Source: Dickeya solani IPO 2222 (GTDB lineage: Bacteria; Pseudomonadota; Gammaproteobacteria; Enterobacterales; Enterobacteriaceae). From it: a stretch of DNA of 32,000 bases. The stretch is taken from assembly GCF_001644705.1 (NCBI RefSeq), contig NZ_CP015137.1, positions 4,020,001-4,052,000 on the forward strand, read 5' to 3'. This document shows, in pieces, positions 18,164-25,667 of the stretch (its first letter is position 1; each line of letters begins with the position of its first letter). The notes below the pieces were generated by a model, which saw only the letters and a program-made list of their open reading frames with translations, was not told the origin of the DNA and searched no databases. Position numbers and translations under genes: made by a program.

Positions 18164-19813
18164 ATGAAAACATTCAATGAATTTTCAACAGCAGTTACAG
18201 ATCATTTTATTCAGAATGTTATCTTCATTGATGATAAAGCATATAATAAAAATGGTCCAAAAGATCAGCACGAATTTGATGCACAAGAAGTCACAAAAAT
18301 ATTTTCTAAGAAGGGAAAAATTTGTGCTGTCTATAAGCCTCAGTTAGTTAGTGATCTAGAATACTTAACTTCAATTGCGAACAAGTCTGATGTAACAATA
18401 CTTGATTGGCAAATAGTGCTTGATGAGGAACCAGCTGAAGGTGGTTCACAAAATGATGAGGAAGATGCTGAGGAGGATGATGTAAGAGGTGTGTACACGA
18501 AGAAAATTATCACATCTCTTCTTGGTGATATTGATAATCAACACTGTATAAAATTGATCCTCATTTATACTGGTGAGGTCGATCTCCCTAAAATTGCATC
18601 AGAAATTAATTCGGCATTGACTGAAAAGAACATTTCTGGTTTCAGTATTAATCAAGATGATCCATGCACTGTTATGTCTAACAATTGTAAAATCATGGTC
18701 ATATCAAAAGCGAATGGAGGAGTCGGCCGAGCCCAACATTTACCACAATTGGCTAATAAAACAAAAAGTTATGAAGAATTACCTGATTTCATATCATTAC
18801 AATTTACGGAAATGACAAGTGGGTTATTGTCTAATTTCGCAATGGAATCTCTTGCAGAAATTAGAAAGAACTTTCATCATATTTTGACTCTCTTTTCTAA
18901 GGAGTTAGATGCAGCTTATTTAGCACATCAAACTTTGTTACCTAACACTTTTGATGCAAATGAACTGTTAGTCCAGCTGTTGAGCGATACCTTTTCATCA
19001 ATTATTAGATACAAGAATCTAAATCAATTTTTAAATGAGGACAAAGTTAAATTATGGCTTGATCATAATATTGAAGATGGAGTAAAACCATTCTATAAGG
19101 ACGATGGTACTCAAGACAATGTTTTTTACCAAAGAAACGCGGATATATTATTGAGATTATTACGTTCTGATTCTGATGTTAATAACAAATTTACTAGTTC
19201 TTTAATTAGCAGTGATGGGCAACAACTATCAACAAAAAAAATCGGTATTCTAATAAAAAAATATGCCACAACCTTGTTTGCAGAATTTGATAAGACAGAG
19301 GAAATTAATAAAAATTTTGCAAAGTTATGCTACCACCGAAGTGCAATTTTTTCGCCTCACCACCTCCCATTTTTATCACTAGGTACGGTTGTTAAAAGTA
19401 CTCTCGATAATGGGGGTTACTATATTTGCATTCAACAAAGATGTGATTCCGTCAGAATTCAAGAGGGAGAGATGCGTCGTTTTCTTTTTATTTCATTAGA
19501 AGAGGTTAATGATGGTGGTTTTAACTTTTTAACCCCTAATGGTATTAAACTTAAAATTGATAAGTCTACATATTCTCTACGAACAGTTAAGTTCTCGGGA
19601 ACTAATGGTTTCGCTCTTGCAACAAAATGTGAAATTGATAGCAAAAAATATTTTGAACCATCTTATTACTCCAAGGGAAAAGAACATTCCGAGAGGTTTG
19701 AGTTTATTATTGAGCTGAAAGAACTATACGCTCAGCGCATAGTTGAGGAATATAGCTCAAGTCTATCTCGTGTAGGTTTAGATGAACCTGAATGGGTTAG
19801 ACGGTTGAACTAG
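18164..19813 (+). CDS. 549-aa protein: receiver (REC)-like N-terminal domain plus an unassigned C-terminal domain
   Basis: ATG 18164 lies 1 nt after the upstream stop. Alternating beta/alpha propensity carries REC-like landmark residues in the canonical order: VIFID23-D24, DVTILD81W, LILIYT136G and MVISK182. An acidic insert (EEPAEGGSQNDEEDAEEDD) follows D81. I recognise no motif in the C-terminal ~350 aa. Confidence 0.8.
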   Translation: MKTFNEFSTAVTDHFIQNVIFIDDKAYNKNGPKDQHEFDAQEVTKIFSKKGKICAVYKPQLVSDLEYLTSIANKSDVTILDWQIVLDEEPAEGGSQNDEEDAEEDDVRGVYTKKIITSLLGDIDNQHCIKLILIYTGEVDLPKIASEINSALTEKNISGFSINQDDPCTVMSNNCKIMVISKANGGVGRAQHLPQLANKTKSYEELPDFISLQFTEMTSGLLSNFAMESLAEIRKNFHHILTLFSKELDAAYLAHQTLLPNTFDANELLVQLLSDTFSSIIRYKNLNQFLNEDKVKLWLDHNIEDGVKPFYKDDGTQDNVFYQRNADILLRLLRSDSDVNNKFTSSLISSDGQQLSTKKIGILIKKYATTLFAEFDKTEEINKNFAKLCYHRSAIFSPHHLPFLSLGTVVKSTLDNGGYYICIQQRCDSVRIQEGEMRRFLFISLEEVNDGGFNFLTPNGIKLKIDKSTYSLRTVKFSGTNGFALATKCEIDSKKYFEPSYYSKGKEHSERFEFIIELKELYAQRIVEEYSSSLSRVGLDEPEWVRRLN

Positions 19814-19851
19814 ATATTTAGTACATAAATGTATAATTTTTTAGATATTGT

Positions 19852-19889
19852 CTGACAGTTTCCGGTAAGCAATAAAAGGTAGCTGTCAG
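19852..19889 (+). terminator. Possible weak terminator after the three-gene operon
   Basis: CTGACAG (19852-19858) pairs with CTGTCAG (19883-19889), followed by TATTATTTT. The loop is long (24 nt), so this is a weak call. Confidence 0.3.
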
Positions 19890-20173
19890 TATTATTTTCA
19901 TATATTATTATTTTTGGCGAAAAATATGTTTCTGGCATAAGGTGATTAAGAAACATTCTGGTTTAATCCATAGCTGTTATTATGACTATGACTATATGAA
20001 AAACAGTATTTAATAGAATATACATCATTGTTTATGAAATTTATTTTCTCTTTGTGGACTTTTCTCTCCCAGTGTGACTGGAAGAGTTAAGTAGAAATCA
20101 AAAAATTAAAATATTGGCCATGTTATCTTAACGTAAAAAGGACCACTTACTTTTAGTCCTGATAAACATAAGG

Positions 20174-20932
20174 TCAATCTTTATCTTCAATCTTTCCCAT
20201 GATTGCACTGATAAATGCGGTGTGCGGTTGCATATTTAATTCTGATGACATTAAATCCGCCATACGATCAATCAATCCATCATGAGTCGGATGTTTGAAT
20301 GGAAAGATGTCGCCATCTTGGAAAAATTTCCCAGCAGCTATACGCTTAATGGTAGCCGTATCGACCGCTTCGATATCTTTACTTAAAATCCTTAATTTCT
20401 CTGCATCAGGTATATCTACAACATCAATGTATCCATCAGGTAATCCAAGCGCTCTGGTTACATCATCCCAATTATATCCTAAGGAAGTTTTTCCTTCGAT
20501 TGTAAAAGCTTGGGCTGGGAAAGACGCGAATGGGAAGGCTTCTTGGCATTTCAATAATAAAGTTGCTAATTTCATTAATTGCTCTGAATAGCATTCACGA
20601 ATATCCCTTTCTTTCAGTTCAGGGGGAACTTTTTGTGATTAACCAACAAAACGATATGTACATAAAGCATTTGGCAGAAACCCGCCAAAATAAGATACAG
20701 GTCCCTCTTTTTGCGTTAAATTTCTTAATTCCACAAAAAAATGCATACTCAGATCAGATTTCATTTCTGATTGTTGAAGTCCATACCACGTTGAAAACCC
20801 ATCTACCCCTGACATAGCCTTTTGGAGGACAAACGTCACACTACGGCTAGCAGAAAGAAAAGCATTTAGTACAAACTGGAATTCTAAACCATCTAAGTTT
20901 ATTGAACGCTTAAAGAAATATTCCGCTTCCAT
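20174..20932 (-). pseudogene. Hypothetical ~252-codon gene interrupted by a single in-frame TAA
   Basis: ORFs 20639..20932 and 20174..20575 are in the same frame. The only interruption is TAA at 20639-20641 (..TYRFVG*SQKVPPELKERDIRECYSEQLMKLATLL..). The region is AT-rich like the neighbouring operon. I recognise no homolog. Confidence 0.55.
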
Positions 20933-21322
20933 AAGCTTTTCAACAGGATGACGTAAACTCGTGAAAATATGTGCTATTTTGTATCTCTACGATCTGAAGG
21001 TAATAATAAGATATATGACATATGAATATTTTATCATAGCTCATTACAAAAACAGAGTTCACATTATTACGTAGTAAGTAATTGAAACCCAATTTCACCA
21101 CTGCAAAGTAAGGGGCGCTACATCCCGTTATGCAGGGTCAGTTTTTTCTCCCACGTGCTTTCCGTTCCTCGTATCTCTTCCGGTTAATCGTTTCCCAACA
21201 CAACCCGTCTCGCAAGGGTAAATGGCACGCATTCTGCGCCCTTGCGCGCCGGAACGATGCCGGGAAAGCGAACCGTCAGGCGATACGAAGACGAAAATCA
21301 CACCACTGACGGAGAAAAAACC

Positions 21323-22267
21323 ATGACGATTTCCCTGCATACCCAGACTAGCGCCCCTAACACCGCAGCGGCGACCAGCGTATCCCCGCTGGACCCGTCA
21401 GGCTCCTCAAAAACGAAATTTTCCAAAACCAAAACCGATATCTACCAGACTGTCACCGACAGCATCATCACCGCGTTGGAGGCCGGCGTGAAGCCCTGGA
21501 CGTGTCCGTGGCAGCGTGTGCCGGGCATGTCCGGTTTACCTTCCAACTTCGCAACCGGCATCGCGTATAGCGGAATGAATATCATGCTGTTGTGGTGCAG
21601 TGCATCAGAGCAGGGCTTCGGTGATTCACGCTGGATGACCTACAAACAGGCGCAGGCAGTAGGCGGGCAGGTTCGCAAAGGCGAGCACGGCACGACCGCC
21701 ATTTTTTATACAACCCTGGAAAAAGAAAACGAAGACGGCGAAGTCGACCAGATCCCGATGCTGAAAACGTTCACCGTGTTCAATGTTGAACAAATTGACG
21801 GCCTTCCCCTGAATACCGAAGCTGTCAGCCCCGCTGAGACGTTCGAGCCGTTACCACAGGCTGAAAACCTGTTGCGCCGCAGTGGTGCCCGCATCGTAGA
21901 GAAAGGTCAAAATGCCTTCTTCAAACCGTCAACTGATGAAATCTGGTTGCCGGAGCGCCATCTTTTTTCCGATGCCGCTAATTTCTACGCTACCGGTCTG
22001 CATGAACTGGTTCACTGGAGCGGAGCAAAAACACGTCTTAACCGTGTAATGAAAGGGAAGTTTGGTAGTGAAGGTTACGCCTTTGAAGAGTTGATCGCTG
22101 AGTTGGGAAGCGCGTTCTTGATGGCGGATCTGGGGATCGTTGGCGAGGTTCAGCATGAAAGCTATATCGCTTCCTGGCTGAAAGCATTGAAGAACGACAA
22201 GCGCTATATTTTCAAAGCGGCCAGTGCAGCATCGAAAGCGCACCGTTATCTAATGGATAAGGTTTGA
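21323..22267 (+). CDS. ardC: ArdC-type antirestriction protein (N-terminal ssDNA-binding domain plus C-terminal zincin metalloprotease)
   Basis: N-terminal ArdC/DUF1738 pattern (VKPWTCPW...PSNFATGIAYSGMNIMLLW...RWMTYKQAQAVGGQVRKGEHGTTAIFY). C-terminal HExxH (LHELVHWSG) with FGSEGYAFEELIAELGSAFL. ATG 21323 lies 8 nt after GGAG. The ORF-track start at 21242 is a TTG. Confidence 0.88.
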   Translation: MTISLHTQTSAPNTAAATSVSPLDPSGSSKTKFSKTKTDIYQTVTDSIITALEAGVKPWTCPWQRVPGMSGLPSNFATGIAYSGMNIMLLWCSASEQGFGDSRWMTYKQAQAVGGQVRKGEHGTTAIFYTTLEKENEDGEVDQIPMLKTFTVFNVEQIDGLPLNTEAVSPAETFEPLPQAENLLRRSGARIVEKGQNAFFKPSTDEIWLPERHLFSDAANFYATGLHELVHWSGAKTRLNRVMKGKFGSEGYAFEELIAELGSAFLMADLGIVGEVQHESYIASWLKALKNDKRYIFKAASAASKAHRYLMDKV

Positions 22268-22346
22268 GTTGAAGCACAAGACGCCGCAAAGGAAGGCGGC
22301 GTTAACCTGATATCGGAGCAGACAGTGTGACGGCGTTTTCAATTTC

Positions 22347-22389
22347 CCTGAGAATGTTCCGGGCATTCAATGCCCGGAACATTCTCAGG
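22347..22389. repeat. 43-bp perfect palindrome (21-bp arms around a single central base)
   Basis: CCTGAGAATGTTCCGGGCATT-c-AATGCCCGGAACATTCTCAGG. It lies in the ardC-ccdA intergenic region. No U-tract follows on either strand. Confidence 0.9.
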
Positions 22390-22587
22390 CTGCGAGTGCG
22401 GGCGGCAAAGAGCCCGCGCATCCCGCAAACGGCGTTTTTACACCGCTGATTGCTGTAACCGACGGCTCAGGTATGGCGGCTGACTGTGACGTTTGCAGGA
22501 CTGCAACGGTAGCCGGGCCTGTTCTTGGTGTTATGATAAGTGTATTGTGCCGTGTAATGCACACGTATCTCATACAGGAGAGCAATC

Positions 22588-22824
22588 ATGACCGCGAAAC
22601 AACGCAACACGCAAAGCGTGACCATGACGGTGGAGCGTGCCTTACTGGTCCGGGCGCGTGAAGCGGGCATTAACCTGAGTGCCATCCTGACAACCGCCCT
22701 GGATGCAGAGCTTCGCCACCATGAAGCAAAAAAATGGCAGGAAGAGAACAGGGAAGCCATCGACGCATTAAACCGTTTTCATGATGAAAATGGCTGTTTC
22801 AGTGATGAATACAGGACGTTTTAA
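22588..22824 (+). CDS. ccdA: CcdA-family antitoxin
   Basis: A 78-aa protein. The C-terminal half (..AELRHHEAKKWQEENREAIDALNRFHDENGCFSDEYRTF) parallels F-plasmid CcdA (..RRLRAERWQAENQEGMAEVARFIEMNGSFADENRDW) from memory. It sits directly upstream of ccdB. Confidence 0.88.
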   Translation: MTAKQRNTQSVTMTVERALLVRAREAGINLSAILTTALDAELRHHEAKKWQEENREAIDALNRFHDENGCFSDEYRTF

Positions 22825-22826
22825 CC

Positions 22827-23141
22827 ATGCAATTCACCGTATACGGTAATACCGGGAAAAGCGCTGTTTACCCGCTGTTGCTCGATGTCACAAGCGATAT
22901 TATTGGGCAGTTGAATCGCCGGATAGTGATCCCGTTGCTCCCTGTTGAAAAGTATCCGGCAGGCCGCCGACCAGATCGTCTTGTCCCCGTCGTCAGGCTG
23001 ACGGACGGCAAAGAGTACGCCGTAATGACGCACGAGCTGGCAAGTATCCCTGTGCAGGCACTGGGGGCGGTGTTTTGTGATGCGTCTCAGTATCGTACTC
23101 AGGTAAAGGCCGCAATAGATTTCCTCATCGACGGCATTTAG
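22827..23141 (+). CDS. ccdB: CcdB-family gyrase-poisoning toxin
   Basis: MQFTVY....LLLDVTSDII....RRIVIPLL........P.V......Y.VMTHELASIPV..LG......IDFLIDGI is collinear with F-plasmid CcdB (MQFKVY..LFVDVQSDIID..RRMVIPL...MTTDMASVPV...INLMFWGI) from memory. The protein is 104 aa and starts 2 nt after ccdA. Confidence 0.9.
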   Translation: MQFTVYGNTGKSAVYPLLLDVTSDIIGQLNRRIVIPLLPVEKYPAGRRPDRLVPVVRLTDGKEYAVMTHELASIPVQALGAVFCDASQYRTQVKAAIDFLIDGI

Positions 23142-23395
23142 CCGTGGCTGTCGGGAGCCTGTTCCAGTTCGTCTATCGTGCGGAACAGAAACATCTCCCG
23201 GTTTTGGGCGTCAAACGGAACCGGAAGACCGTTCCTTGCCCACGTTCTGATACTGTCAAACAGCCTAACCAGACCGTTGCTGTTAGCATCCAGAAAATTA
23301 GCCCACCATTGCAGCATCAGACGACGCTGTTCAAGGTATTTGGAGATCTTACTCTCTGCCCGCTCCGTGCCAGAGGCGGACATTGCTAACTTCAT
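23138..23395 (-). pseudogene. C-terminal scar of a P4-type integrase gene
   Basis: The translation contains SKYLEQRRLMLQWWANFLDA, the conserved extreme C-terminus of P4-like integrases (..AEYLEERR.MMQWWADYLD..). No catalytic R-H-R-Y region precedes it, and the rest of the 85-aa ORF is unrelated. Confidence 0.5.
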
Positions 23396-23570
23396 CTGAG
23401 GTTAGATATGGCGCCCCGTGTGTCGTGTATCCACCGTGAACGAAGACAGGGATGAAGCCGAGGATAAACATCGGAAGGCAGAACCGATTCCTGCATCGTA
23501 TACATTACAAAAAATACGCAAAAAAGCCCAATATGTAACGTTTACGATACAATTATATGCCGTGTATACA

Positions 23571-24881
23571 TCACCAATTTATCCTGAGTGATTCCCATAC
23601 ACTATCAATCAGTGTTTTTGGTACTCCCTCATCTTCAGCATATTCTCGCCAGCCAGACACAATTTTTATGGTTTCATTAATAATGTTTTTCGCTTTACTT
23701 GGGCGAAGGCTGGTTATCTGGGTTGCGACGGAAAGAAGGTCATTGATCTGAAAATTATCTCGTTTTCCAGCTAACGTAAGTTGATGAGCATTAACCCATG
23801 GAGAATCGGCCTTGTAACTCCATGCTACATCGAACGCAGGGGCTAGTGTCCACTTATATTCATCGTTAACCATGAACGACCAGTTCTTAGTATGATCATC
23901 ATGATTGCGCGCAACGACATTGAATACCATGCGACGATATATTTGTTCTTGCTCTTTATTGGACAATCCTAACTGCCGACACACTGCGAGTAGCTCCTCA
24001 TAGCTGAAGGCACCAGGCTTCCTGAAATCAGCATGAGCTATACCGCACAAACTTAGAACATGGTATTTCTGGTTATTAACTCGGTCAAAACGCCTCGTCA
24101 TAAAATGAGCTCTATCGGAGTTCCTCTCGCGTAATAATTCGCACTCTGACATTACAATACCCGCATCCCTAGCCATAAGGTAATACACGTATTCCATTAC
24201 ACCATACCCTTTAGGGTCACCGAACGTCTCCTTATCCGATTTATGCTCTTGTACTCCATCAAACTTGAGAAGGTAATGCTCAAAACCATCAGGGGCGTCA
24301 ACCTGCCCAGAACGTATCTCTGATCTGTCAGCATTAACGGCCACAACAGCTTTCGCCCTTGCCCCGCCGGCAGAAGTACCTATCTGAAGCAACTTAGCCA
24401 TGGATGATTCTTCATAATCATTAAGCTGAAGTTTATCTCGAGAATCTAAGACTTTCTGAGCCATTGTTACAAGCTCACCGATTAAAATTGGTTGGCTATC
24501 AACTTCCTGGTTGTTGTTAGTCGGCTGATATTCAAGCGCACCCATTCCGCGTGATCCAGTATAGAGCAAACGATCCAACGCTAAAAATTGTGATTTATCC
24601 TGACCGCTCCTTGCTAACCAAGCATTGATTAATGAGTTACCGAAATCGTCAGGCAGTGAATCGGCAAAAACTGCAGGCAATCCCTTATACGTCTCGAAAG
24701 CCAGAGCAGAGAAAGTAAACGTTTGATTACTTAATGGTAAATAGATTGGCGAAAGACTAAACCCTTCAGACTGCCATTCTTCCGTATATTCGAAAGTAGC
24801 AAAACCGCTATCATCGAGATATGCCAAATACCCAACTGGAATACTATCAAAGAGAACGTTGCAAGCTCTAGTTATCATCAT
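23571..24881 (-). CDS. hipA: HipA-family Ser/Thr kinase toxin
   Basis: Full-length at 436 aa. N-terminal HipA coupling domain (GYLAY..., LPDDFGN), and catalytic region NHDDHTKNWSF followed by LAPAFDV. The 4-nt overlap (ATGA) with the upstream HTH gene is as in hipBA. Confidence 0.92.
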   Translation of the reverse strand: MMITRACNVLFDSIPVGYLAYLDDSGFATFEYTEEWQSEGFSLSPIYLPLSNQTFTFSALAFETYKGLPAVFADSLPDDFGNSLINAWLARSGQDKSQFLALDRLLYTGSRGMGALEYQPTNNNQEVDSQPILIGELVTMAQKVLDSRDKLQLNDYEESSMAKLLQIGTSAGGARAKAVVAVNADRSEIRSGQVDAPDGFEHYLLKFDGVQEHKSDKETFGDPKGYGVMEYVYYLMARDAGIVMSECELLRERNSDRAHFMTRRFDRVNNQKYHVLSLCGIAHADFRKPGAFSYEELLAVCRQLGLSNKEQEQIYRRMVFNVVARNHDDHTKNWSFMVNDEYKWTLAPAFDVAWSYKADSPWVNAHQLTLAGKRDNFQINDLLSVATQITSLRPSKAKNIINETIKIVSGWREYAEDEGVPKTLIDSVWESLRINW

Positions 24882-25285
24882 TCAACCTTAAATTTTTTCC
24901 GGTTCGCGAGCATGGCTCTAACACCATTCTGAGAAAATGTTTTTGCATTTGAAGAATTTGTTACTCGGTAATGTGCATTACCGGCAACTCCGCTGCTATG
25001 TCGAACCTTTCTTTTTGAATTGTACGCGATAATGTCTGACGGTCGCATTGTTGGCTCAGGCACTAAGGCATCAAGCCCCTCAAGCAAATTTAGCTGTCGA
25101 AGCACCGCTATAAAGGTGCTGAAGCTACACGTTCCTTTTTCTAGCCTTGCATATGTCGGCCTGCTTATGCCGAGACTATCCACCAGTGCCTCCTGTGAAA
25201 TGCCCCTGGCTTGTCGATATACTTCAAGCCGTCTAAACAACTCTTTATTGATGGCAAAATCAGTCATTGTTTTGGTTATTTTCAT
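24878..25285 (-). CDS. hipB: HipB-like XRE-family antitoxin/repressor with a long C-terminal extension
   Basis: HTH segment (LEVYRQARGISQEALVDSLGISRPTYARLEKG) directly upstream of hipA and coupled to it. It is 135 aa from ATG 25285, which is preceded by GGGGGT. The C-terminal ~60 aa have no obvious counterpart in the 88-aa E. coli HipB. Confidence 0.85.
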   Translation of the reverse strand: MKITKTMTDFAINKELFRRLEVYRQARGISQEALVDSLGISRPTYARLEKGTCSFSTFIAVLRQLNLLEGLDALVPEPTMRPSDIIAYNSKRKVRHSSGVAGNAHYRVTNSSNAKTFSQNGVRAMLANRKKFKVE

Positions 25286-25297
25286 AGGTACCCCCAA

Positions 25298-25356
25298 TTG
25301 TAACGTATACGTGCTATTTTAGCATGAAATCGTCAGATTTGTAACGTATACGATAC
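25298..25356. promoter_or_regulatory. Two direct copies of TTGTAACGTATACG in the hipBA leader/promoter (putative HipB operator)
   Basis: Identical 14-mers at 25298-25311 and 25339-25352, with starts 41 bp apart. Each contains the palindrome CGTATACG. They lie immediately upstream of the hipB start. Confidence 0.6.
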
Positions 25357-25667
25357 GGAAAGCATGTTGACATTTATGTACGTTATTGCGGGTCTGTCAC
25401 GTTAGTAGTTTGCACATAATTCCGTGTAATCTTGCACGCTGGTACAGCGACAAAATGGAAGATGTAAGCGCGGGTGTAAGTCTCCCTATAAACCGGACCT
25501 GAGTCGCCATTATTTTGGTAGCCATCCTGTCGCTGGCTAATCTGACCAGATTCCATATTGATTAATAAATCATGGTATTCACTGGTTTTTTTCACCTGAG
25601 AAAACAATTACGAACTTCCGTTCCTCGCTCTTAACCGACCATGAGATTTGGCAACGCCAGATCCAGC

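Noticed and set aside
14124-19813. Interpreting the operon as a conventional type II or type IV restriction-modification system
   Set aside because: I could find no PD-(D/E)xK, HNH, GIY-YIG, PLD or Mrr/McrBC-type motif in gene 2 or gene 3, and there is no Vsr. The partner genes have ATPase/kinase-like and receiver-like signatures instead. A cryptic nuclease fold in the C-terminal domain of gene 3 cannot be excluded without structure prediction.
25383-25607. A 74-aa minus-strand ORF between the replication-relaxation-like gene and hipB
   Set aside because: It has no convincing RBS, no recognisable family and unremarkable composition, so I left it unannotated.
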